Part shown: positions 13,925-26,886 of the stretch, piece after piece
How positions within the stretch are numbered: position 1 is the stretch's first letter
Layout of the letters: every line of letters begins with the position of its first letter
Assembly (NCBI RefSeq): GCF_009914755.1
Contig: NC_060942.1
Reading direction: 5' to 3' (one strand)
Source: the human T2T-CHM13v2.0 reference genome, Homo sapiens
DNA length: 64,000 nt
Program-made: the position numbers and the translations under genes
The notes under the pieces: generated by a model
Told to the model about the DNA's origin: nothing
Databases searched by the model: none
Seen by the model: the letters and a program-made list of their open reading frames with translations, nothing else

Positions 13925-15459
13925 TGCCGTACAACTAGCACATGTGAATTTGGAGGTAAGGACACGTTCTACACTCTTGGACCCAGACAAATTTGGTCTC
14001 ACGTGATTGGATCAGAGGGACAACACTTGTGGTCTCATGAAGCGCCAAGGCCTTCTTGGTTCCTGTCTTTGTGGCGTGTGGATGACTTCTCTAGGAGCAG
14101 GAGATGACTGTGATGAAATAGTGACTAAGTTCTATTTGAACTTGAATTAGTTATGGCACAAATGGGTGGAACATAAAAGAAGTAATTAGTAAAGGCAAAT
14201 GGGAAAAGCCCAAAATTGGAATTTTGTTTTTAAATAACACTTGGGAGAGAACAAATTAGGAATGAAGACAACCTATTTCCCCATTCCCTGGCACACAGAT
14301 CTCATTTTAAATAAAACAATAAGGAGGTAAGTTTTAAGTGGTGTCATAGGGAATGTTAGAAGCTAATGTTACTAATCTAAAAACTATCACTGCAAGGAAA
14401 TATCCAGGTGGTTATGGGGCAGAGATATTGCAGGAAGTCTCTGCAGATATCTCAAATTGTTGGTCTTTGAAAAAAAGGTCCACATGTGATGCTCTCTGCA
14501 GTGTCATTGTCAAGATCATAACTAAGTTTATTGTAAGCCATTATCAAGATGCATTCTCATGTTGTGTACCTGGCTCCAAGGACCACAGTTGATTATTATC
14601 TTGGGGGACGTTTATTATTCCCTCTCTGTCTTTGTAAATAAAAATGACAAGTCAAAGTTTGGTAGTAGTTGAGAAAATTGTTGACGTGTAATTACAGGAA
14701 TTTGCTTCTTTGGTTCAGTTTGTTACTTTGAATCTTTACACTGTCTGCGTAGCTATTGTGGATTTATTATTTTCTGTAGCTGCACAGAAAATAATGTTTT
14801 AATGGTTTTTCATAATAAATAATATTATTTTCCATTTTATGTGGCATGAAAACTCTTTCACATTCATCACTTTGATCTCCCTGACTCCACTACCCCGTAT
14901 GAGGCTGGTAGAATATGGTGGGACAAGTGTCACAACCCATTGAACTGATGATCAAAGATGCAAAGAGGCCACATGTTTTGCCCAAAGTCGTGCACTTAGC
15001 AAGCCAGAATTCAAACCCTGACCTGATATCAAGAGTTTACTGCCTGTCAAGAGGACTTGCAATCCTTCCACTGGACACATTTCAGATTTAGTTTCCCCTT
15101 TGAACTGATAACAACTGTTTCAAAAGTAAGAACCTTTTTGGATTAAGCTTGAAAAAGGAGAATTGAGGGAGTTGGAGAAGATGTTTTCCTGTTTTAACAA
15201 CTTAATTAACAAGTATGGGGTGAGGTGGGGAGCAGCGGGGGCCTGAAGAGGAAGTCGTTTTGCAGACACATCACTTGTGCATGAGATGTCAAATATCTGT
15301 ACACAGGGTCTGGTCCGGTGCTATGGTCCAGCATGGTGGCCACCAGCCACATGTGGCTCTTGAGCACTTGAAATGTGGCTCACTCACACTGAGATATGCT
15401 GCCACTGTCAATTCCACATTGACTTCAAAGCCTTAGTATGAAAAAAAAAAATAGCCTAT

Positions 15460-16342
15460 TGTGGTGTTATGATAGGTACTGGTTTTCCTCCGTGGTTCCT
15501 GGCTTGTGACTCGCATAGCCTTTGTTACCATCTTTTATTATGATGTTGGGTGTGTTAAGTCTCTGACCTACTTCTGCCCCTTTTCACCTGCCCCAGGGCA
15601 GGACTCTACTGCTTTTCTGATTGAGGTTCTTTTCTTTTTTTCAGGCTTAATTCACTTTATTTTTCTTGTATAAAAACCCTATGTTGTAGCCACAGCTGGA
15701 GCCTAGGTCCACTGCACAGAGACTCCGTGCAGCTGCTTGAGGTCCTTAAGACCTTCCTATGAGTGGTTCCTACCCTGTGCCCTGGGGAAAGGAATGCTGA
15801 CATCATGAAGCTTCCATAAAAACCCAGCGGACAGGGTTCAAGGAGCCTCCAGACAGCTGAACATGCTGAGGTTCCTGGAGGGTGGCACCGAGGGAGGGCG
15901 TAGAAGCTCCACACCCTGTCCCCCATTCCTCATCCCACGTGTCTCTTCATCTGTATCCTTTGCAATATCTTTTACCATAAACCGGTAAACATAAGTAAGT
16001 ACTTCCCTGAGTTCTGTGAGCTGCTCCAGCAAATTCACTGAAGCCAAAGAGGGGGCTCTGGGGACCCCAACTTGAAGCTTGTTGGTCAGCAGTTCCAAAG
16101 GCCTGGACTTCTGACTGGTGTGGTCGGGGGCAGTCTTGGGGACTGAGCCCTCAACCTGTGGGATCTGACAAGGTCTCCAGGTAGACAGTGTTGGAACTGA
16201 ATTAGAGGACAGCCAGCTAGTGTTCCCTGCTTGGTGTGTGGGGAAAAATACCCATACATTAGGTCACAGAAGTCTTCTGTGTTGATGATTGTTGTGGTAT
16301 GATGGTAGAGGAAAGACACAGTTTGAGAGTTTTCCCTACATG
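15460..16342 (+). mobile_element. MER21A-like solo LTR
   Basis: Starts TGTGGTGTTATGATA and contains GGAAAGGAATGCTGACATCATGAAGCTTCCATAAAAACCC. The TSD CCTAT is at 15455-15459 and 16343-16347. Confidence 0.8.
15632..15732 (-). pseudogene. RPS2: Severely 5'-truncated processed pseudogene of ribosomal protein S2 (last ~14 codons, 3'UTR, poly-A)
   Basis: The minus strand reads VSVQ(W)T(*)APAVATT-TAG, then GGTTTTTATACAAGAAAAATAAAGTGAATTAAGCC and an A-tail, matching the RPS2 mRNA end (VSVQRTQAPAVATT*). The 15 bp TSD is at 15617-15631 and 15733-15747 (13/15 identical). Confidence 0.85.
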
Positions 16343-16477
16343 CCTATCTCAAAATTTTTGTATTATATGTTAACATGATAAATTGGGTTAAATAAAATAT
16401 ATTTAACAATTAATTTCATGGGTTTATTGAAAAAATTTTTAAATGTGGCTACTAACAAATTAAAAATTACATACGCC

Positions 16478-16790
<313 letters not shown>

Positions 16791-17526
16791 TCACACCTGT
16801 GGCTCACATTTAATTTCTGTTGGGTAGTGCTGTTCCCGAGGTTTACCCTTTGTATATGACAGTCACTTTGTAGGTGAGGGTGAGGCCAGGAGTCCAGCTG
16901 TGGCTCAAATAGGACAGAGACACTTGCAGTAGAGGGTGGAAAGAAAGACCGCTGGTCCACCCTGCTTTCCCCTGGGAATGGGATTCTTGTTATGCAAGAA
17001 CATTAAAGAAGAGGCAAGAGCTCCATGTGGCATTTTCAGTGGAAGCATATTCACTTCTGAAACCTAGTTTCTCTCCTAAACTCCACCCAAGGCAAAATGG
17101 ATTATTGCTTCCTGGAAATCGAACCAGGGGACTTTAAAGTGTTTCATATTAAAAACAGAAAAGCCCAAGAAGGAGAAAAATAATTACATTTCTAAAAGCT
17201 CTTAGAACAAATGCTTGCTTGTGAGAAATAACTTTTCTATAAATATTTTATTCCTCTTTTTTCCTCTTTTTGTTCTCCAGCTGAGAGGTTCCACATGGAT
17301 ATAGGAGATGATGTTCCCCTTGGGAGAGAGGATCAAAGCTCCCCTGAGCTGCTTGCTGCTGAGTTTTACTCATAATAATCTTTGTGGCTTCTACCCCAAC
17401 CTGCCTGCAGGGCTCTGAGATGGAGTAAGCTCAAAACTGTGGAAAAACAAAGAATACGGAGAAAAATCCATTGCTCCTTAGCATCCAAGCTGGTGTTCCA
17501 AACAGAAAGATCCAAGGCTTGGCTGC

Positions 17527-17550
17527 AGAGAGAGAGAGAGAGAGAGAGAG
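17527..17550. repeat. (AG)12 microsatellite
   Basis: Directly visible. Confidence 0.9.
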
Positions 17551-18136
17551 AAATGTTTATGGTTTACCTGTGGGAACCCAGCCTGGGTCTTAATAATTTA
17601 TAAAGCCTGGAGCCCACCTCACCACCCTCTGCATGAAGCTCAACACATATTTGTCAAATGGCTGGATCCATTCATCAACCCACAAAATGAGCACTGTGTG
17701 AGCTGAGGTGCCTACGGTGTTGAACCTGGAAACCTGAGGAAATGATGATACCAGCAAGAGGAAGGGGAAGCTGAGGAAGGACCTAGTCTTGGGAGTAGGT
17801 TGTAAATTTGATTTGGCCCATGAATGGCCTTAGATAATATGATAGTCAAGATCCAGTGTCCGTGGACAGCAGGTGGCTGAAAAAAGAGGACTTAAGCTTG
17901 ACTTTGATGATCAGCAGCATAGAGTCAGTTCTCGCCTAGGGAAACATGATCATATTTGGAGTTTTAAAGAGATGTTGCTATGTGAAATATGTCCAAATGG
18001 AGGAACTAGGATGGTGTAGGGCTGAGATTGTGGCTAGAACATTTGGCTTCATAGAGCAATGCCTATAAGGATATATTTTGCTGTCATTGCATTTGATCAC
18101 CTCACATGCAACAAGAGTAGACTTGTCCTGTGTCAC

Positions 18137-18562
18137 TGCTGATGGATAATTCTCCATGGATCTCTCATGTTTCTGTCTATGTTGTAAGTAAGGTGCTGAT
18201 TGCTCTGTTCTGGACTCTTTTCAAAAACACGTATATAGCGAACAGCCTTGGAACACAGAGATAATATCTCTTTCCAGAACAAAAGGCAGACATGCTTACT
18301 GCCTAATACAGAAGATTCAAGCTCCCTAAATTCAGACTTCTCCTATATTATGACTCATTGTGTCTGTCATATCCACATTTTCCTGAGAGAATTGGGGCTT
18401 GGGGACCCCACTTAAATATGCTGATAACTCTGGCAACTGCAATTACTGAGTAATCTGACCCCAGGAGTGTTACGTTTTCAACCAGCATCCATAAAATTGT
18501 GGCCGACCGACTTGATAACTTGCAAGTAGGGAAAAACTCAGGCCTTTCAGAGTTTTTGACAG
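18137..18562 (+). mobile_element. ERVL solo LTR (LTR40-like)
   Basis: Contains AATTCTCCATGGATCTCTC..TATAGCGAACAGCCTTGGAA..AGAGATA and ends TTGACA. Subfamily from memory. Confidence 0.6.
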
Positions 18563-18989
18563 TCACCCTCTGAGATTCTTGTTGTGGGGTCCATGGAGGA
18601 GCTGTAGGAGACTCTGAAAGGAGTCTGTAATTAAAGTCAAGTCACCTGCTATAGGCAGTGAGAGAAAAGAACAGGGCCTGATTGCTTTGGGGCTATGGCT
18701 TTCATTGTGGATGTGGGCTGAGATAGCTGTGATTCAGGATACAGACAGACAGACAGAAAAAACTAATGACAAGTATGGTAAGGTGGGCAATGAGCTACCA
18801 TTTTTTAATGCAAAATAACAAAAAGGAATTTTTGCATATGTTTGCAACAAAAAGAATACAAACAGGCACAGATATTTACAGATGATATAGAGAAAGAAGA
18901 AGACTTGGCTCTTTCTTTTGCCTTTATTCAGCAAATTATGAAGTGCAAAAAGATAAAAAGAAGAAATTATAGTCTGTGTTTGATGGAGA

Positions 18990-19580
18990 GCTATTTGGAG
19001 AACAGCACAGGGCTCTATTTTTGGCCTTGACCTGTTTTGTAATTTTATCAAAGACTTAGACAAAGGTGTAGAAGACTGTCTTATCAGATCTGTAGACGAC
19101 ACAAATTTGGAGGGCTAGATAATGAGACACAGGTAAGAATTGAGACTCAGAATGTTCACATGGCTTGGCATGGAGGGCAGAGACCAAGAAAATGAAATTT
19201 TACAGAGGTGTCAAGACTTGAGTTTGTGCTAAAAGAAATCAATTGTGTAAATTTTCACAGGCATCCTAGTGGTTCATGAAAAAAAAAAAAGAGCTGGGGT
19301 TAATGTCAATCTCAATGTAACAGACAACAATACAGAACACTGGGTAAAACATGAATGTGGCTCTGATCCCTGTCACTAAGATGTGGCTTCCAGGCTAGGA
19401 AGGGAGTAGCCCCAAAGCACTTGGGACAGGACAGTTGCTGACCAGGGAATGATATTCATTTGGTGTCATCTTCTAAAGGGATGTCGAAAAATTAAGTGCA
19501 TTCAAATGGGGGCAACTAGGATAATGAAGGCTTGTAAATGGCTGGGACATTCAGCGTGAAGGAGCAAAACCCATTGAGAC
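18990..19580 (+). mobile_element. CR1/L3 LINE relic (reverse transcriptase region)
   Basis: 19005-19115 translates to AQGSIFGLDLFCNFIKDLDKGVEDCLIRSVDDTNLEG, similar to the CR1 RT motif PQGSVLGP.LFNIFINDLD.G.E..L.KFADDTKLGG. Confidence 0.8.
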
Positions 19581-19975
19581 ATATTTTACTGTCTTTGCAT
19601 TTGCTGTTTTGACAGCTTCAGGTGTTTGTGAACCTCCTGTTGAAGATGATGGCATCACAAAATAGAAAGAGGTTGGGTTCCTCAGTCACTTCCTGGATAA
19701 GAGGTTCTCAGGAAGAGTTTCCCAACCTACATTAGATTATGGCATGAGCGTACATCTCTTTGTCGAGGTACTTATATTTGGAGGTTTATTTGTTATTGCA
19801 GCCTAATTTAGCCTACCTTAACTAATGTACCTCTCTTAGCCTCATTTTCTACATCTGGACAATGGGGATAATAACATCTACTTCATGAAATTCCTGTGAG
19901 ATTCAAGTAAGATGATGACACAATAATCATAATAGAAGGCTTCCTACTTCCTTAGACATCCTTCTCTTTTAAAAT

Positions 19976-20116
19976 TTTTATTTATTTATTTATTTTTGTA
20001 GAGATATGGTCTAACTATGTTTCCCAGACTGGTCTCAAACTCCTGAGCTCAACTGATCCTCCCTCCTTGGCCCCCCAAAGTGCTGGGGTTACAGGCATGA
20101 GCCAACACACCCAGCC
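19976..20116 (-). mobile_element. Alu left monomer (FLAM/AluJ-like)
   Basis: Antisense left arm only, with a (TTTA)n tail. Confidence 0.85.
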
Positions 20117-20129
20117 CTCTTTTTGTGCT

Positions 20130-20495
20130 GGTTCCTTTGTGAAATTTCTGCTGTTGGAAGTGCTCTAGGACCCTACCCTCACCTACTGTCTCCTTCCCCA
20201 GGAAATGTCACACAAATCCATGTCTATATACTATCCATATGCTGATGACTGATTGAAGTTCTGTATCGAGATTGAGACCCCTACTATCTATTCAAGAGGA
20301 GACTTAGACATGAGTCTGGCACTCAGGAGAGATACAGGATGGAGTTATCAACTGACAAGAGTTTTCTCTTGATTCTCCTCCACTAGATCTGATCCTCACT
20401 CACCTCACTTTCTCAATCCTTTTCTAATTCAATAAATGACACCACTATCCACTCAGTTGTTTGGGCAAAAATCCCAGCAGTCATGTTTGAACTCA
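20130..20495 (+). mobile_element. L2 fragment with an internally inverted segment
   Basis: L2 motifs TATGCTGATGACT and TAAATGACACCACTATCCACTCAGTTG are on +, whereas 20251-20350 matches the intervening L2 consensus on -. Confidence 0.6.
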
Positions 20496-22708
20496 CCAGG
20501 GCAGATGGCCCATGCTTTGCTAAGGAAGGTCCCTTGAGAGTGGTGTTAGTAACCAGAGAGACATATGTAGCAAAGTAGAGAAGCTAATCAACTTTAAACA
20601 TTAAAAAATAGCACCCAAAATTAAATAGGGGGAGAGGGGTAAAAAATGTAAATTTGGGGAGTAAAAGAAACAATGTCAAATTTCTGTTACAAGAAAACTT
20701 GTTTCTGTGTTTTCCATGTAGATGGTGTTTGAGTGTTAAATCATTGAGGGACTTAGATTCCCATTGTATACATTTACAGTTTGTATACATTTGCATACAG
20801 TTGAATAGTTTTTTGTGTATGTATCTCTTCCAAAAAGAATTGCTGAATGGCCAAATTGGCCCAGAAATGGTCCTGTCTGGCAAATCCTCCGTTCTTAGTA
20901 TGAGGTTGCCAGGGACCTGAGATGCCGTCCTCCACTTGGTGGCAGTGTGTGGTGGGACACCAAAAAAGGGTGACTAAATCCATTGCCTTCTCCACATTCT
21001 TCCAGTAAATGTGGGATTGTAGAGGGTTTTGAGGGTAGAGTCCTGGAGCACTTCAACAGCAGAACTTTCACAAAGGAACCAGCACAAAAACAAAGAGGGC
21101 TGAGCGCAGTGGCTCATGCCTATGTTGATAGGAATCACAACCAGATTTGTTTTATATCACTTTAAAAATGTATACAATGGAAGCTAAGTACCACAATGGT
21201 TTGATAATTGAAAACTATCTACATAAAACATACAGAAACAAGTTCTTTTTTAACACTTGGAAATTTGGCACTTTCTCTCCTCAAATTCACATTTTCACCC
21301 CCATTTTTTCCCAGATGAGATTCCTTAATGTTAACATTTAAAATTGATTAGCTTTTCATACTTTTCTACAGCCAAGATTAAGCTTATGCATTTAAATGCA
21401 TTTTAGTGACCTTAAGGCTTTACTTTTTGTTCCCAGATTGAGTAATTATTACAACTATTATTTTTATCCAATTACTTGTTTCCTTGGTGCTGACAGAAAG
21501 ATTAATTTAAATAAAATACTCCGCTGGGTAGTATCTGCTTTTCAGTTTCCAATAAAGTCCAGAGGAGTGCCTGGAGGGGCCTTCCGGGAAGGGGTCTTCT
21601 GATGAATCAGCCGATGTGCCACCCCAACTTGACAGAAGGCCCCCTTGTCAGCAGTTTGAAAGACATATACCACGCTTGCCCATGTATGACGGTTCATTTT
21701 TAAAATTTAAATGTCAATAGTTGCTAAGGATATAATTTCCAATGCACTCTTTAATAGCATAAGAAAGAAAATTGTTCCCAAACTGTCTGTGGCAGAACTT
21801 TTTTGTATGATGTCATTTGTAACCCCTTCCATGAAGTAATTATGATTCCTGATAAAATGCTTGGGTAATTTCCGGATAGACTTTAATGGGATTAAGAACT
21901 GCTGAGAAGTCAGGGTCTCCACTCAGCTCTCTAAACCACGCCAACCAGTCTCGAGCTGTTCTTCTGTTGTGGTGCCATTTCTTTTTTCTGTTTGTGTCTC
22001 TTCCAAAAAAGAATCACTGAATTGGCTGGCTTGCTGGGAGCCTCTTCTCTTGAGGCCAGTCTGAAATAGAATTCTGACACAGGCTAATAACAAGTTTGTC
22101 TGACAAGTTATTTTAAGAATTCACATTTTAAAAATAAATTTGTTACATCATTTTCAAACGATATCCATTGGAATCGAAATACCATACTGGCATGATACTC
22201 AATACCCTACATGAAAAATATAGGAGTTACTTTTTGACACTTGGACATTTTACATTTCTTTTTCTTCTCCTCAAATTCATAATTCTGCCTCTCATTTTAT
22301 CCTAATATAATATTTCTTACAACTAAATTTACAACTTACAATTTCTTAAAATTGATTTACCTCAGGATCATCTATGGCAAATCTGTAAATTTTTGTGGCC
22401 ATAAGGTTTTTTGTGTTCCTGAGTTGAGTATACAATTACTATTACCCAACTCATAAAAATGCACAAATATATTACAGTTTTGACAAATAATTATTAAGTA
22501 TAAAATTTAAATTTTATTGGAAATAAATCTCTTAAAAGAGATGGGACTAGTTTATTCCCTCTCTCCTCCATCCCCAGAAAGACACATAACCATAAATAAA
22601 AACTACATAATGCTAGAGGGAACTAGTGTTCACCAGTGAGTCTATTCTTGTTTTTTATCTTTACGGATATAAGCTCTGAGGAGGGCTGTTCATGTAACAA
22701 CTACATGA

Positions 22709-23494
<786 letters not shown>

Positions 23495-23744
23495 GGGCAT
23501 CACAGTTAGATTCAGACAGAGGGAGGAGTGTGTCCCTCTTCTGAGAAGTGTGACAGATGATTGTGAAAGGGGAGAGTGAGGAGAGTTGTCTGAACTCAGG
23601 GGTGTGCTCACGGAAATCGGTTTATGAAGGAGTACCCATGGGTGTTGAGAACATTGATTCTTCTAAACATCCCATGCCTGGGTACTCCTTGGGAAGGCTG
23701 TGCCACCATGGTTCCAAGTGCAGCAATTTGGAGGCTACCGATTC

Positions 23745-23960
23745 AAAGGATGGAGTATGGACCTTGGAGTCAGCCACACCAGGGCTCAAATACTGCCTCT
23801 GTAATTTATGATTATTGAGAACTTGGGCATATAGTTTCAACGTCTTGAGTCTCAGTTATCTCCTACAAAATACAAGAGGCCAATACCTACCTTGAAAGGT
23901 TTGAGAGCAAAAGGTAGTATGCATACAGTGTTGTATCCAGCAGGTGCTCAACAGATGAAT
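23745..23960 (+). mobile_element. MIR
   Basis: MIR core GGAGTCAG..AC..GGG.TCAAAT.CTG.CTCTG...CTTGGGCA...TCTCAGTT.TC. Confidence 0.6.
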
Positions 23961-24514
23961 GCTACTATCAGAGTCCTTTTAATTGAGTCTAAGTGATGTG
24001 ACTTGAAGGGTTGAGGATTAGGGTATCAGGACCTGAACCCAGTGGGAAACATCAGATCCCTTGCCATTTAGGGTTCACCTGCTCCAAAGCAAGTAGCTGC
24101 TTTGGTTCCATCTAAAAATGTTGACTTCAAAACAGAACTTTCAGCTTATTTCCCTCTTTTTCATACACATTTCATCTTATAAAATGCAGAGGCTGGGATC
24201 TCTGGTCTATATGGAAGAACACACTCAACAGCAACAGTAGCTCTCCCAGGGAGTAGAACTCAAGACTGGTCTATCTTGTACCTAACCAGGAGGGTTATTA
24301 CCAAGAAACAAGAGTCTCCTTCTAAGGTGGTTTCACCTGTAAGGCAATCCCTTAGCCTGGTCCCTGAGGGCTTCATTAGAGTAGGGTCCTGGTGATTTTA
24401 CTGGCTTGTTAAGAAGGCTTTTCAAAGTCTTGTGTAATGATGATGAATGGCAGGGCAAAATCATGTTAACACATTATAAACAATTCCAGGCACAACCAGT
24501 ATCTCACACTGTAC

Positions 24515-24520
24515 TTTATT
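24515..24520 (-). terminator. BCL2: Distal poly(A) signal AATAAA of BCL2
   Basis: TTTATT on + is AATAAA on -. It is followed by GTACAGTGTGAGATACTG (mRNA end) and a GU/U-rich downstream element. Confidence 0.9.
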
Positions 24521-26874
24521 TTTCTTCACAATATTAACTAGACAGACAAGGAAAGTTTAATGGCAATGTGACTTTTTCCAACAACACAAACAAAGTGCCA
24601 TTATAGCTAATGGTGGCCAACTGGAGACTTACTTTACCTTAACCATGTAAAGTATCCTTACCGTATTTTTTATGTGTACAGTGTTGCAGAATATCAGCCA
24701 CCTCTTAAAAGTATCAATCTTAAAAAGAGCCATGGAAGGTAAAAGTATGAAAATCTTGATAACAAAAGCTTTCAATACAAAAACACTTATTGTACACTTA
24801 TTTTTATTTAAAACAAAAATAACCCCAGTAACTCAAAACAAAAGCAAACCTTGGTTGAAAACTTAAGAAGGTATAATAAACAAAACCACCAAAAGAAAGC
24901 TTCCCCAAAAGAAATGCAATCCACTGTCACTCTTGCAAATTCTACCTTGGAGGGAAAAACTTAATGAAATGAGCTATCTGGAGGGCCCACGGCAGATTTT
25001 CCAAAAGGTTTAGGTGCATGGATTTACTCAGTATCTACACTACAGTCTTATTTATTAATAGTCTCAGAATTTTCTTGATTGAGCGAGCCTTTCCATCCTC
25101 CACCAGTGTTCCCATCTTCTGTGCTCAGCTTGGTATGCAGAACAACCTTGTTGTTGATAGGATGTTTGCTTGAAGTTATTTTTCTGGGGCAGTCCAGATG
25201 AACCGGTACAGTACCATTCATGCTCCATCTGATTTTCTTTGCATCCAGTGAGATGCATATTTCATGATTGTCCAAGGTCATGGTTGTCCAAAGACATGGA
25301 ACAGAATGATTCACTGGGTAAGACTAAAGGACTTGTATTATCACTCTCCAATTCAGTTTCACATTGCTTAATTTTATAAAATTTTTTTCTGTATTGTACA
25401 TAATAAACATTTAGAAACAGATGTCCCTACCAACCAGAAGGTTGTCATTAAATATCCTGTTAGTTAAAACTGCACATTTATTGTTTAAATACCCATTAGA
25501 CATATCCAGCTTGAAATTTATACCATTGCACTGCCAAACGGAGCTGCACTTTGAGCCATGCTGATGTCTCTGGAATCTAAAGGTCGTACCACAAACTTCA
25601 AAATGTTTCTCATTTGTCACACAAGGTTCTTCGCAGAGGCATCACATCGACCCCAATACAGGTCCTTCATACCCTTAGTTCTGGTTATTCTGAAAACTTC
25701 CAACTCCCTGATCCAAACTTGGGAATGTTTTACATTTAAAAATTCTTCCTCCCTCCCACCCCTCCAACAAATGTCCTTTGTCCCATAATAATTTAAAAAA
25801 AAAAATCCCTGAAAGATCCAAATTGAATAACAATAAAGATCTGATTGGAACCTTCATAAGCTTGACAATGTAGAATTGTATTTCTTAAAAAGTGTGTAAC
25901 CACATTTGTCTGGGCTGCAAAAGACACCACAGAATAAGATCAGAATAGAATTTCAACTGACTCCCTAATTTCCTTAGAATGGCTTGTATTTCGAGCCTTT
26001 CCTGTTTTTCTCTGATAGAGTAGGTGTACATTACTAACTATAAGTGATAAGAAAGTCTAAAAACAGCCACTGCCTTAAAAGTACAGTTGGAATTAATTAG
26101 AGTTTAAGTTCACATTTATAAACTATTTGTTTTAGGATAAGTTCAATTACAAATAGAGACTATTTGCAATTCTGTTCACTCAATAGATCCTGGAGGTGAA
26201 AGCTAGACATGTGTTGGGATTGCCCTGATTATTTACATTTAATCTTGATTATTATAACTCCTCTCGATTTATAATCACTTCCTAATTTTTCCCACTGGGC
26301 CAGAGCTACATCTTTAGATGATAAGCATTTACTAATAAAACAAAGATCACATATAAATGGAAGGCCACATCTGAACACAGAGAGGTAAGTGAGCTGTGGA
26401 GAGAATGTTGGCGTCTTGTTTGAACTAAATTGAGGTGCTTCCTTAATTCTGTGACTTTATTCCAAATCTTAAGCCTGCCAGAGTTTTCTGCCCCTGCCAA
26501 ATCTTCGGAGACGACCCGATGGCCATAGACCCTGTCAGCTGTCATTCTGGCCTCTCTTGCGGAGTATTTGTGCAGCGAGGGACTGGGAGGGCCGAGGAGG
26601 TTCTCAGATGTTCTTCTCCTTTTGGGGCTTTTTTTAGAGCCCTTGTCCCCAATTTGGAAAGTGCATATACTCTATTTAACTCTGACCCTGGCCAGTGTAA
26701 AGAGGAGTACATACAGAGGACTGTTTTTTCATTCATAAAGAGCAGTTAAGATGCAGATGTGAATCCCTCTTCAATACAAAATAGGGATGGTTCTCTGTTG
26801 CCCAACTGCAAAATAATTAGATATAATGAAAAAAAAGAAGAGGAGAAAAAAATGACTAGTTGAGGCTTTTATAT

Positions 26875-26886
26875 ACATTCATTGCT
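26875..26886 (-). promoter_or_regulatory. miR-181 target site
   Basis: The + strand ACATTCATTGCT equals miR-181b nt 2-13. Confidence 0.7.
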
